A stretch of DNA of 64,000 nt from the NCBI RefSeq assembly GCF_964194155.1, contig NC_135906.1:28768001-28832000 (forward strand), given 5' to 3'. Under the pieces are notes generated by a model. That model did not search any database. It saw only the letters and a list, made by a program, of their open reading frames with translations, and was not told the origin of the DNA. Source of the DNA: Cetorhinus maximus. Its lineage: Eukaryota. The translations under genes and the position numbers were made by a program. Shown piece after piece: positions 11,985-24,498 of this stretch (position 1 is the first letter of the stretch; every line of letters begins with the position of its first letter).

Positions 11985-14900
11985 GCACAGGAGGCCATTC
12001 AAGAGTGGGGAGCAAAAAGACAAGTGGTAGTTGTAGGGGATTCTATAATTAGGGGAATTGATAGCATCCTTTGTAAGCAGGATCGAGAGTCCCGCATGGT
12101 ATGTTGCCTGCCCGGTGCCAGGGTGAGGGACATCTCTGACCAGCTTGAAAGGATATTGGAGAGGGAGGGGGAGAATCCAGTTGTTGTGGTCCACATCGGG
12201 ACAAATAACATAGGTAAGACTAGGAAAGAGGACCTGTTTGGGGATTATCAGAAACTAGGAACTAAATTAAAGAACAGGTCCTCAAGGGTTATAATCTCTG
12301 GATTACTACCCGAACCATGTGCAAATTGGCATAGGGACGCGAGAATAAGGGAAGTAAACACGTGGCTAAAGGAGTGGTGTGGGAAAGAGGGGTTCCATTT
12401 CGTGGGGCACTGGCATCAGTATTGGAACAGGAGGGATCTGTACCGTTGGGACGGTCTCCACCTGAACCGCTCTGGGACCAATGTTCTAGCGAAAAGGGTA
12501 AATAGGGTGGTCAACAGGACTTTAAACTAGAAAGTGGGGGGGGGAAGGGAAGGGTAAAACTCCAAGAAGTATGACTAATGGGAAACAAAGCAGCAGGTTA
12601 GCGTGTGGGGGGGTGGATTCAACTTCATGGAAAATTATGAAAAAACTGAAAAGGAGAGCCCAGGAGAGGCTATTAAAGTCTCACAAAATAGGACAGAGTG
12701 TTTGGAAAGGGCTAGGAATCTAACTTCAAGCACATCAGATAAAGGGACGACAATGAGAAAGGGGACGGGAAATACAGGACTGAAGGTGTTGTATCTGAAT
12801 GCACACAGTATACGAAATAAGGTAAATGAGCTTGTGGCGCAGATTGAAATTGGCAGGTATGATGTGGTGGGCATCACGGAGACATGGCTGCAAGGGGATC
12901 AGGACTGGGAGCTAAATATCCAAGGATATACATGCTATCGAAAAGATAGGCAGGTTGGCAGAGGGGGTGGGGTTGCTTTGTTAGTAAGAAATGAAATTAA
13001 ATCGATAGCAAGAAACGACGTAGGGACAGATGATGTAGGATCTGTGTGAGTAGAGTTGAGGAACCGCAAAGGTTAAAAAACCATAATGGGAGTTATGTAC
13101 AGGCCTCCGAACAGTAGTCAGGATGTAGGGCACAAGATACACCAGGAGATAGAAAAGGCGTGTAAGAAAGGCAAGGTTACAGTGATCATGGGGGATTTCA
13201 ATATGCAGGTAGACTAGGAAAATCAGGTTGGTAGTGGATCCCAAGAAAAGGAATTTGTGGAATGTCTACGAGATGGCTTTTTGGAGCAGCTTGTGGTGGA
13301 GCCCACAAGGGAACAGGCAATTCTAGACTTAGTGATGTGTAATGAGGCAGATTTGATAAGGGAGCTTAAGGTGAAGGAACCCTTAGGAGGAAGTGACCAT
13401 AATATGATAGAATTTACCCTGCAATTTGAGAGGAAAAAGCTGGAATCAGATGTAACGGTATTACAGTTGAATAAAGACATGAGGGAGGAGCTGGCCAGAA
13501 TTGACTGGGAGATGAGCCTAGCAGGAAAGACAGTGGAACAGCAATGGCAGGAGTTTCTGGGAGTAATTTGGGAGACACAGCAAAAATTCATCCCTAGGAA
13601 GAAGAAGCATACTAAAGGGAGGACGAGGCAACCATGGCTGACAAGGGAAGTCAGGGACAGCATAAAAGCTAAAGAGAAAGCATACAATGCAGTGAAGAGC
13701 AGTGGGAAACCAGGGGATTGGGAAGCCTACAAAGACCAACAGAGGACAACTAAAAAAGAAATAAGGAGGGAGAAGATTAAATATGAGGGTAAACTAGCCA
13801 GTAATATAAAAGAAGATTGCAAGAGTTTTTTTTTAGATATATAAAGGGTAAGAGAGAGGCAAAAGTAGACATTGGGCTGCTGGAAAATGACGCTGGAGAA
13901 GTAGTAGTGGGGAACAAAGAAGTGGCGGAGGAACTGAATAGGTACTTTGCATCAGTCTTCACGGTGGAAGACACAAGTAACATCCCCAAAGTTCAAGAGA
14001 GTCAGGGGGCAGAGGTGAGTATGGTGGCCATTACCAAGGAGAAGGTGCTAGGAAAACTGAAAGGTCTGAAGGTGGATAAATCACCTGGACCAGATGGATA
14101 ACACCCCAGAGTTCTGAAGGAGATAGCTGAAGAGATAGTGGAAGCGTTAGTGGTGATCTTTCAGGAATCACTTGAGACAGGGAGGATCCCGGAGGACTGG
14201 AAAATCGCTAATGTAACCCCCCTGTTTAAGAAGGGAGTGAGGCAAAAGAGGGGAAATTACAGGCCGATTAGCCTGACCTCGGTCGTTGGTAAGATTTTAG
14301 AGTCCATTATTAAGGATGAGATTTCAGAATACTTGGAAGTCCATGGTAAAATAGGGCAAAGTCAGCATGGTTTCATCAAGGGGAGGTCATGCCTGACAAA
14401 TCTGTTAGAATTCTTTGAGGAGGTAATGAGCAGGTTAGACAAAGGAGAGCCAATGGATGTTATCTACTTGGACTTCCAGAAGGCCTTTGACAAGGTGCTG
14501 CACAGGAGGCTGCTCAGTAAGATAAGAGCCCATGGTGTTAGAGGCAAGGTACTAGCATGGATAGAAGATTGGCTGTCTGGCAGGAGGCAGAGAGTGGGGG
14601 TAAGGGGGTCCTTCTCAGGATGGCGACCGGTGACTAGTGGAGTTCCGCAGGGGTCAGTGTTGGGACCACAACTTTTCACTTTATACATTAATGATCTAGA
14701 TGAAGGAACTGAGGCCATTCTGGCTAAGTTTGCAGATGATACAAAGATAGGTGGAGGGACAGGTAGTATTGAGGAGGCGGGGAGGCTGCAGAAGGATTTA
14801 GACCGGTTAGGAGAATGGGCAAAGAAGTGGCAGATGGAATACAACATGGGGAAGTGTGAGGTCATGCACTTTGGTAGGAAGAGGCATAGACTATTTTCTA

Positions 14901-15644
14901 AATGGGGAGAGAATTCAGAAATCTGGAGTGCAAAGGGACTTGGGAGTCCTAGTCCAGGATTCTCTTAAGGTTAACTTGCAGGTTGAGTTGGTAGTTAGGA
15001 AGGCAAATGCAATGTTGGCATTTATTTCGAGAGGATTAGAATATAAAAGCAGGAATGTGCTGCTGAGGCTTTATAAGGCTCTGGTCAGACCACATTTAGA
15101 ATATTGTGACCAATTTTGGGTCCCATATCTCAGGAAGGATGTGCTGGCCCTGGAGAGGATCCAGAGGAGGTTCACGAGAATGATCCCAGGAATGAAAGGC
15201 TTAACATAGGAGGAACGATTGAGGACTCTGGGTCTATACTCGACGGAGTTTAAAAGGATGAGGGGGGAAATCTGATTGAAACTTACAGAATACTGAAAGG
15301 CCTGGATAGAGTGGATGTGGGGAAGATGTTTCCATTAGGAGAGACTAGGACCCGAGGGCACAGCCTCAGAGTAAAGGGAAGACCTTTTAGAACAGAGATG
15401 AGGAGAAACTTCTTTAGCCAGAGAGTGGTGAATCTATGGAATTCATTGCCACAGAAGGCTGGGGAGGCCAGGTCATTGAGTGTAGTTAAGACCGAGATAG
15501 ATAGGTTCTTGATTGGTAAGGGGATCAAAGGTTACGGGGAAAAGGCGGGAGAATGGGGTTGAGAAACTTATCAGCCATGATTGAATAACGGAGCAGATTA
15601 GATGGGCCGAATGGCCTAATTTCTGCTCCTATGTCTTATGGTCA
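11985..15644 (+). mobile_element. CR1 LINE, long 5'-truncated and disrupted copy: ORF1 SGNH esterase, ORF2 APE plus RT, intact 3' end
   Basis: ORF1 motifs VVVGDSIIRG and DGLHLN; APE motifs YLNAHSIRNK, ITETWL, SDHN; RT motifs QHGF, GVPQGSVLGP, FADD. In-frame stops (e.g. 13047, 14099, 15207) and frameshifts; CR1-type 3' tail. Confidence 0.95.
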
Positions 15645-16159
15645 CTGTCACTGAACTCAGTATGCACCCCTCTATCACAGAACACAGTGGTAGCAGTCCA
15701 AGTGGTCTACAAGATGCACTCCAGGAAGTTACTTGGACAGCACACCCCCTGCTTTGCAACCCCCTATCCCTTAAAGGACCACAATGTCATGGGAAGATCA
15801 TCAGCTCTAAATCATGCATCATTCTGATTTGGAACTATATTGCTGTTCCTTCATTGTTGCTGGGTGAATATTCTGTAACTCCTTAACACCATTGTGTGAA
15901 CATCGTCGCCACAAAGCTAACAGCAGTTTAAGCAGAAGGCCCAGCATTACCTTCTGAGAAGGTAAGAATGAACAATAAACATGATTGCACTATGTCACCA
16001 CAACCAATGGAAAAGATTTACAAAGGCATTGCAACATTGTATATGAAGAGTCTCTGAAATGCTTCAGTGATGGTAAATGCTACATAAATGCAGGTCTTTC
16101 TGTTCTGTTGTCAGGTGAAACATATATATTCATTAAATAGGTGTAGAGACCAGAAACCA

Positions 16160-16620
16160 CAACAACAACTTGCATTTATTGAATACTTCCTTCAGTAAAA
16201 TTTCCCAAGGTGCTTTATAGCAATTTTTCAAACAAAATTTGATACTGAGCCACATAAGCAGATTAGGTAGAGGGCCAGAAGCTTGGTCAAAGGGGCAGGT
16301 TTCAAATTGTCTTAGAGGAGAAAAGAGGCAGAAAAGTTTAGGAAAGGAACTCTGGAGATCAGGGCCTTAGCAGCAGCAGAAGGTATGGCCACCAATCGTG
16401 GAGTGATTAAAATAGCGATGTTCAAGAGGCTAGAATTGGAGGAGTGCAGATATCTTGGAGGGTTGTAGGGCTGCAGGAGATTACAGAAAAAGGGAGGGAC
16501 AAGGTCATGGAGGGATTTTAAAATCAAGGAGTTGCTAACCCAGGAGCCAATGCAGGTCAGCGAGCACAGATGTGATGGGTGAATGGGACTCGTCGCGAGT
16601 TAGGGCACAGGCAGCAAAGT
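16160..16620 (-). mobile_element. L2-like LINE 3' fragment (others at about 10550-10720 +, 26480-26720 - and 28260-28450 -)
   Basis: ORF 16312..16527 (-) reads ILKSLHDLVPPFFCNLLQPYNPPRYL; tail taaatgcaagttgttgttg. Confidence 0.68.
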
Positions 16621-17099
16621 TTTGCAACTTGCTGAAACTTGAGTTAAGGTTTTTAAAATCTCCAAAGTTTCTTGTAACAAGATGATAACTAGCAATATTT
16701 ACATATTTTCAATTCCATTTAGTTTAAGGCCCAGAATTATTTTACCTACAACTCCTTTCAGACTCTGTACTACCTTTTCAGTCCTAGTCTAACTTGCGTT
16801 CTTTGCCACTGCACTCCTGGCCGTTACTACTCCCAAACCAATTGGTTGAGACCTGATTTGAGAGGCTGGGCCATTCATTTTCTTCCTTTTTAGACAGCCA
16901 TGTAATGATTTCTCACTGTGCAAAAAGAAACTGGAGTTCAGCGCTAAGCAGAAGTTTAAAAGACAGGTCTTGACGAATCCTTGTCCCTACACGTGACAGT
17001 TACGGGAAACTTGCACTAAACTTTAATACCATTTCACATTGAAGGGTGGGGAGTATCTACTGTGCTTTTGGAGAGGGGGAAGGATTTCAGGTTACATAC

Positions 17100-17238
17100 C
17101 TTTTCCTTTTGGTTTTCCTCTGTTAGCTGGCTTTTCTCCAGTAATCGCTGCCAGTTCAGCTTCCAAATCAGCATCATTCTCATCACCATTCATATCCATC
17201 ATCATACTGTCCGGTGAGAGGTCTACCAGTAATCCAAG
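17100..17238 (-). CDS. CC2D1A: CC2D1A coding exon 2 (LGLLVDLSPDSMMMDMNGDENDADLEAELAAITGEKPANRGKPKGK)
   Basis: tttcacag acceptor and G|gtatgt donor, 139 nt. LGLLVDLSPD matches human CC2D1A as recalled. Confidence 0.93.
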
Positions 17239-19339
17239 CTGTGAAAACATGCATTTTCTATGAACTTAGTGATCTATAACAAAGAGGGACAGCATTTCCA
17301 TATAAAAAATTTCAATGAAATCAGCGCTATCACTAGGCTTATTTACTATATCAATAAAAAAACAGGAACGAGAAAAGGAAATAAAAGATCACACATTGAA
17401 ATATGCTGTTTTGCATGTCCTCAATTCATCATCTCAGCCATACAAACCCAGGAAAAGACTACCCCATCCATATATGGTGCAATCACAAACATCATTTACC
17501 CACCCCATTACATAAAAAAAAACTAATTCAAGAAATCTCTGGGCAATTCCTCATCTCGCTTAGGTACTTAACAAGGACTGAAATATCCCTCACTACTTCA
17601 CCCCAACACTACAAAGTTCAATATACTGTGTTCAGACACACCCTAAATGTTAATGCGGCATGCTAAATAAGCAGATCTACTTCAAGCTTTAAAAGACAGT
17701 TTTGGACAGTACCTTTCCAAACGTTGCCAGTCCTCTTGGGGCCAGTAAACCTGCTGTACAACCTTTACTGGCACTGATGGTACCAATGTCACAATACCAT
17801 CACATATATGCACAGTGATTCTCAGTTGCTTGCTACTGATGTCATGGCGCCATGCACATGGCCCACTTGTCAGAGACAGCTTGTGCGTGCATGGAGTAGT
17901 GAACACACTGCACAATGGTTTAAAAGAAGATGCTCCGTACTGTGAATAAATGCGAGCTAGCGGTGTGCTACATTGTTCCTCCCATAGCCCAGGTCTCCGT
18001 GTAACCACTGTTAACTCTACGGCTACACTGCTGAACATTGTTCAAATGGACATAACTGAAGATTGCACACAGGCAGCTTTACTGAAGTCCTAGTGGCAAC
18101 ACTAAATAAAACTTGATATCATCCAGATCCTGTGGCCTCTCTGTCCAAGCGCCAGAGCTAAAGCAATGTAAATTGCTGTTGGTCTTGACCACCGTTGACA
18201 CAGAACATACATCCTCCTAGGTTAATTTCATCTGATATTAAATGCATCAAAAATGAAATAAACCTCATGGTTGGAAAAGACACTGATTAAGCACACTTAG
18301 GCTCAATTTACATGATCTGCCACTGGATTAATAATCCAGAGTCACAAATTCAAATCCTTATCACAGCAGCTAGGGAATTTAAATTCAGTTAACTAAATTA
18401 ATTTGGAATTTAAAAGCTAGTTGTAGTAATGGTGACTACTTAAACTACAGGATTGTCATAAAAGACAATAGTGAAAGGGATGTGGTTTTATGACATTATC
18501 TGGTGGGCTCAGATTCCAGACCCACACCTATGTTGGTGATTCTTAACTGCCCTCGAATAGCTGAGCAGGCCCCTCAACTGTATTCAAGAAGATGGCTCAC
18601 CAACATCGAGGGCAATTAGGGATCGGCAATAACCCCATGAATGTACAAAACACTGGCACAAAGTTCGTGTCCCATGAATTATTTGGATTTCCACTTCACA
18701 CACACTGAAGCTAGAGTAATGCAAGCTCAGAGTCAAGGTCTGAACACTTATTCATCCTTCAGGACCAAGATGACCATGTTGATCTCTGGGGTGTTTTGTA
18801 GGGTTCTGGTGGGTTATGTAGGTGAACCCTAAGGCTGATTTGTGCCCAGGAGGTTCTGTTACAAACAAGATATCGGAGACGATTGAGTTTTGGATGAGTT
18901 GCAGGCTTAAGATTTCCTCTCCTTGTGTTTTCTCTCTGCCTCTGATATGGGCTTCCTTTCAAAGGAACTGCACCGTTTTTTTTGCTTGGTTGCACTCGGT
19001 GCCATGATCCTGGGCAAGCTTCTCCCAGGGATAAAATTCAATAACAAATCTCCTAAGGGAAGCTTTCAGAGAGTCTTGAAGCTCTGAATTACCTTACAGG
19101 TAAAGCACAGCAAGCTGTCCTCCTTCAAAGATGGCACCACTGCAAAGCAGAGTTGGATCCCAGGTCCCAGGCCCAACACTGCAATGCTATCAATTGTGCT
19201 GTCAATACATCATTAGCTGCTGCCAATAAAACTTCAAATGAAAAGAAAAAAGAGCTTGTTGTTGTGTAGCACCTCATGTCCTCAAAACAGCTTAAAACAT
19301 TTTACAATGAAAACTTAAATACCATTAATTTGTTTCCTG

Positions 19340-20130
19340 GCGCAAAATATGAACTTGTCCACTTTGGCAGGAAGAATAAAAGAGCAGTATACTATTTAAA
19401 TGGAGAGTGATTGCAGAACTTGATGGTACAGAGGGATCTGGGTGTCTTGGTAAATGAATCACAGAGTTAGTATGCAGGTACAGCAAGTGGTTAGGAAGGC
19501 AAATGGAATGTTGTCGTTTATTGCAAAGTGCATGAAATATAAGAGTGGGGAAGTTTTGCTACAGTTTATACAGCATTGGTGCATCTGGAGTGCTATGTAC
19601 AGTTTTGTTCTCCTTAATGAAGAAAGGATATAATTGCATTAGAAGTTTAGAGAAGGTTCACTCGACTGATACCTGGCCCGAAGGCATTATCCTATGAGGA
19701 AAGGTTGGACTAGTTGGGCCTGTATCCACTGGACATGGAAAGAATGAGAGGTGATCTTATTGAAACATTTAAAGGGACTTGACAGGGTGGATGCTGAGGT
19801 GCTACCCCTCATGAGAAAGACTAGAACTAGGGAGCGCAACTTAGAAATAAGGAGCCTCCCATTTAAGTCAGAGAGGAGGAGAATTTATTTCTCAGAGGGT
19901 CGTTCGTCTATGATGTTCTCTTCCCCAGGCAGCAATGGAGGCAGGGTCATGGAATATTTTTAAGACTGAGTCAGTTAGATTCTTGATTGACAAGGGAGTC
20001 AAAGGGTATAGGGGGTAGGAAGGAAAGTGGAGTTGAGGTCACAAACGGATCAGCCTTGATCTTATCAAATAGCGGAGCATGCTCGAGAGGCCGAAAGGCT
20101 TACTCATGCTCCTAATTGCTATGTTCCATA
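19340..20130 (+). mobile_element. Degenerate CR1 3' fragment
   Basis: Similar to 14870-15640 (ttaggaaggcaaatggaatgttg, gagaaggttcactcgactgatacc, 3' tail). Confidence 0.85.
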
Positions 20131-20240
20131 CAACAGGATGTCAAACAATCATAATATTACAATGAAGTTTTCTTTACTGCAGCCTTAATATTTAATTTAA
20201 CAAGCTGAATTATACTTTTCCTAAAGGCTACAAAAGTCAC

Positions 20241-21890
20241 ACTGAACAATTTCTCCTTTAACTCCTCTCACTTCCTCCAAATAAAAGGTGTGGCTATGGG
20301 TACCCGCATGGGCCCCAGCTATGCCTGTCTCTTTATGGGGTATGTGGAACATTCCTTGTTCCAGTCCTACTCCAGCCCCCTCCCACAACTCTTTCTCCGG
20401 TACATCGATGATTACTTCGGTGCTGCTTCATGCTCTCGTCGGGACCTGGAAAAATTTATTAATTTTGCTTCCAATCTCCACCCCTCCATCATTTTCACAT
20501 GGTCCATCTCTGACACTTCCCTTCCCTTCCTTGACCTCTCTGTCTCAATTTCTGGTGATAGACTGTCCACCAATATCCATTACAAGCCTACCGACTCCCA
20601 CAGCTACCTCGACTACAGTTCCTCACACCCCGCTTCCAGTAAAGACTCCATCCCATTCTCTCAGTTCCTTCGCCTCCATCGCATCTGTTCTGATGATGCT
20701 ACCTTCAAAAACAGTTCCTCTGACATGTCCTGCTTCTTCCTTAACCGAGGTTTTCCACCCACGGTGGTTGACAGGGCCCTCAACCGTGTCCGGCCCATAT
20801 CCCGCGCATCCGCCCTCACGCCTTCTCCTCCCTCCCAGAAACATGATAGGGTCCCACTTGTCCTCACTTATCACCCCACCAACCTCCGCATTCAAAGGAT
20901 CATCCTCCGCTGTTTCCGCCAACTCCAGCATGATGCCACCACCAAACACATCTTCCCTTCACCCCCCCTGGCGCCATTCCGTAGGGATCTTTCCCTCCGG
21001 GACACCCTGGTCCACTCCTCCATCACCCCCTACTCCTCAACCCCCACCTATGGCACCTCCCCATGCCCACGCAAAAGATGCAACACCTGCTCCTTCACTT
21101 CCTCTCTCCTCACCGTCCAAGGGCCCAAACACTCCTTTCAAGTGAAGCAGCATTTCACTTGCATTTCCCTTAACTTAGTCTACTGCATTCGTTGCTCCCA
21201 ATGCGGTTTCCTCTACATTGGAGAGACCAAACGTAAACTGGGCGACCGCTTTGCAGAATACCTGCGGTCTGTCCGCAAGAAAGACCTAAACCTCCCTGTC
21301 GCTTGCCATTTTAACACTCCACCCTGTTCTCTTGCCCACATGTCTGTCCTTGGCTTGCTGCATTGTTCCAGTGAAGCCCAGCACAAACTGGAGGAACAGC
21401 ACCTCATCTTCCGACTAGGCACTTTACAGCCTTCCGGACTGAATATTGAATTCAACAATTTTAGATCTTGAACTCCCTCCTCCATCCTCACCCCCTTTCC
21501 GTTTCTTCTCCCTCCCTTTTGTTTTTTCCAATAATTTATACAGATTTTCCTTTTCCCATCTATTTCCATTATTTTTAAATCTATACCTTTAATGCCCTGT
21601 TAGTCTTTCCACCCCACCCCCACTAGAGCTGTACCTTGAGTGTCCTGCCATCCATTCTTAATTAGCACATTCGTTTAGATAATATCACTGCTTGCTTGTC
21701 CCTACAACCACCCCACCCTCCTAACTTCTCTCCCCCAACCCTCCCCCACCTTAAACCAGCTTATATTTCACCCCTCTCCTAATATTACTCAGTTCTGTTG
21801 AAGGGTCATGAGGACTCCAAACATCAACTCTTTTCTTCTCCGCCGATGCTGCCAGACCTGAGTTTTTCCAGGTAATTCTGTTCTGGTTTT
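20241..21890 (+). mobile_element. Penelope-like element, 5'-truncated: RT C-terminal half plus GIY-YIG endonuclease, 3' pLTR with hammerhead-like motif
   Basis: Uninterrupted ORF 20290..21471 with AMGTRMGPSYA, RYIDD, and LVYCIRCSQCGFLYIGET...GDRF. Confidence 0.93.
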
Positions 21891-22439
21891 ACAAAAGTAT
21901 AGTACATCATTTAATTTATCCATTAGAAATAGTTTAACTATAAGTGATACTGAGCTTGTATATATTCTCAGGTTATTCGGGCCTCTGCACAGACCAGCTA
22001 TTTAATTAATCAATCAGATAGATACAAGGGATAAAACCACACTAGAGTAATCCCATGTCCTACACCGTGCAGCAGTGTTGTTGCTATACTTTACTGGAAA
22101 AGGCAGTAATCATGCTTGAGCCAATACCTTTTAATGCCATGTGATAAACTACACAGAATACTTTTTAATTCATCATCTCACATTGCACCTGCCATCACTG
22201 GGAGATCAGTTACAACCCTGATTACTACAGTCCAGTAAAGTCCCAGTGAGTAACAATCTACCATGATGGTGGGAGCAGTGAGGCAGTTAGAAGGCTAGTT
22301 ACAAGATTGGAAAGGCAGCATCTAAATTAACGCCATGCAAAATTATACAAAAAGGACAACATACCTAAAACAGTGGCCTGCTGTTGGTTTCTTTTTAAGT
22401 GCTTTGCTTTTGGTGCAACATTTTCATCACAGAATTCCC

Positions 22440-23057
22440 AAAATCACAGAATTGTTACAGCGCAGGATGCCGCCATTTGGCCCACTGTGTCTCCACCAGT
22501 TGTTTGAATGAGTAACTCACCTAATACCATTCCCCTGGCTTCTCCCTGTAACCCTGCACATTCTTCTTTTTCAGATAAGAGTCTAATTCCTGTTTGAAAG
22601 CCTCAATTGAACCCATCTCCACCACACACTCAGGCAGTGCATTGCAAACCCAAACACTCATTGCATAAAAAAAGTTTATCCTCATATCACTGTTGCTTCT
22701 TTGCTAATTACCTTAAATCTGTGCCCTCCGGATCCTTTCATGAATGGGAACAGTTTCTCCCTATCTATGCTGTCTAGACCCCTTGTGATTTTGAATACAT
22801 CTTTCAAATCTCCTCTCAACCTTCTTTGCTCTGAGGAAAACAGACTTAACTTATCTAATCTATCTTCATAACTGAAGCTTCTCACCCCCGGAATCATTCT
22901 CGTGAATCTTTTCTGCACCCTCTCGAAAGCATCACAACCTTTCTAAAGTGCGGCGCCCAGAACTGGACGCAATGCTCTAGTGGAGGCTGAACTAGTGACT
23001 TATACAAACTCAACATAACATCCTTGCTCTTGTACTCTATGCCCCTATTAATAAAGC

Positions 23058-23092
<35 letters not shown>
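22440..23092 (-). mobile_element. CR1 3' fragment abutting a (TA)n microsatellite (about 23060-23092)
   Basis: ORFs 22682..22918 and 22894..23256 (-) encode CR1 C-terminal motifs. Confidence 0.87.
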
Positions 23093-23095
<3 letters not shown>

Positions 23096-23194
23096 TACTG
23101 CAAAATACTGTATTCATAAAATGTTTTCATGTAAAACGTTGCAATGTTTATGTGTTTTTTCAGAGACTCTATAAATTTCCCAAAAGTCAGCCAG

Positions 23195-23710
23195 AGCTCA
23201 GTTGGTAGCACTCTCATCACCGGGTGAGGGGGTTGTGGGTACAAGTCCCATTCCAAAACTTATGCACAAAAATCAAGGCTGATGCTCCAGTGCAATACTG
23301 AGGGAATGTTGTACTGTTGGGAAATGCTGTTTACTCTTTCAGGTGGACGTCAAAGATCCCACAACACTGCTTTGAAGAGGGGGTGGTGTTCCTGGCTGAT
23401 ATTTATTCCTCAATCAACGTCCCAAAAAAAGTTTTCCTACACCATACTCCATTGGCTATAAAGCACTTTGAGGCGTCCAGTGGTCCTGAAAAGCGTTCTA
23501 TGAACGTTAGTCTCTTTCTTACCCCCACAAAAAATAAATAAATGATCCGGTCGTTGTCAAATGGCTCTTTGTGGGATCTTGCTCTGCGCAAACTGGCTTC
23601 CCGGTTTCCGACATAACAGCAGTGACAACATTGCTAAGGTGCTCCATTGGCTGTGAAGCGCTTTGGGACGTCCTGCGGTGGTGAAAGGCGCTACATCAAT
23701 GCAAGTCTTT
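23195..23710 (+). mobile_element. tRNA-derived SINE family A, DeuSINE/SacSINE1-like (copies about 3120-3405, 7615-7870 plus 8280-8410, 11620-11840, 25385-25715, 28815-29120, 30175-30365, 43195-43560)
   Basis: tRNA head gctcagttggtagcactct...gggtacaagtccc, core aggtggacgtcaaagatccc, L2-like tail aaggcgctacatcaatgcaagt. The family name is from memory. Confidence 0.72.
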
Positions 23711-23747
23711 CTCGGTTTGCCCCTGAATGGTCGCCAGGTGCCCCTGA

Positions 23748-24438
23748 CTCTCACCTGTCCCCCTCCCCCCCCAACCACTCACCTGTCCCCCTCCCCCCCC
23801 AACCACTCACCGGTCCCCCTCCCCCCCCCAACCACTCACCGGTCCCCCTCCCCCCCCCAACCACTCACCTGTCCCCCTCTCCCCCCCCAACCACTCACCT
23901 GTCCCCCTCTCCCCCCCAACCACTCACCTGTCCCCCTCTCCCCCCCCCCAACCACTCACCTGTCCCCCTCTCCCCCCCCCCAACCACTCACCTGTCCCCC
24001 TCTCCCCCCCCAACCACTCACCTGTCCCCCTCTCCCCCCCCAACCACTCACCTGTCCCCCTCTCCCCCCCCAACCACTCACCTGTCCCCCTCTCCCCCAA
24101 CCACTCACCTGTCCCCCTCTACCCCCCCAACCACTCACCTGTCCCCCTCTCCCCCCCAACCACTCACCTGTCCCCCTCTCCCCCCCCCAACCACTCACCT
24201 GTCCCCCCCCCAACCACTCACCTGTCCCCCTCCCCCCCCAACCACTCACCTGTCCCCCTCCCCCCCCAACCACTCACCTGTCCCCCTCCCCCCCAACCAC
24301 TCACCTGTCCCCCTCCCCCCCCAACCACTCACCTGTCGTCCCCCCTCCCCCTCTCTTACCTGTCCCCCCCCCAACCACTCACCTGTCCCCCCTCCCCCCC
24401 CCCTCTCTTACCTGTCCCCCCTCCCCCCCCTCTCTTAC
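23748..24438 (-). repeat. G-rich minisatellite of about 27-31 bp, unit GGGGGACAGGTGAGTGGTTG(n)A(GA), about 21 units plus 3 variants, at the start of CC2D1A intron 1
   Basis: Direct reading of repeated caaccactcacctgtccccctc(t)cccc on the plus strand. Confidence 0.97.
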
Positions 24439-24498
24439 CTGTCGGGCCTTCGCCGCTCCCCGGCCCTTGGGCTCGGGAGGTCTTTTATTCCTGTTCAT
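24439..24498 (-). CDS. CC2D1A: CC2D1A coding exon 1 (MNRNKRPPEPKGRGAAKARQ)
   Basis: ATG at 24498 (context AAGATGA), 60 nt, ends CAG|GTAAGA. Resembles the human CC2D1A N-terminus MHKRKGPPGPPGRGAAAARQ; lies at the edge of the CpG island; phase 0 joins exon 2. Confidence 0.9.

Noticed and set aside
20288-21145. 285-aa overlapping alternative-frame ORF in the Penelope element (similar at 47875..48510)
   Set aside because: Explained by the C-rich, stop-poor strand composition; no recognisable domain.
766-24498. Assignment to CC2D1B instead of CC2D1A
   Set aside because: The LGLLVDLSPD motif, the 20-aa first exon and the head-to-head position with BRME1 fit CC2D1A.
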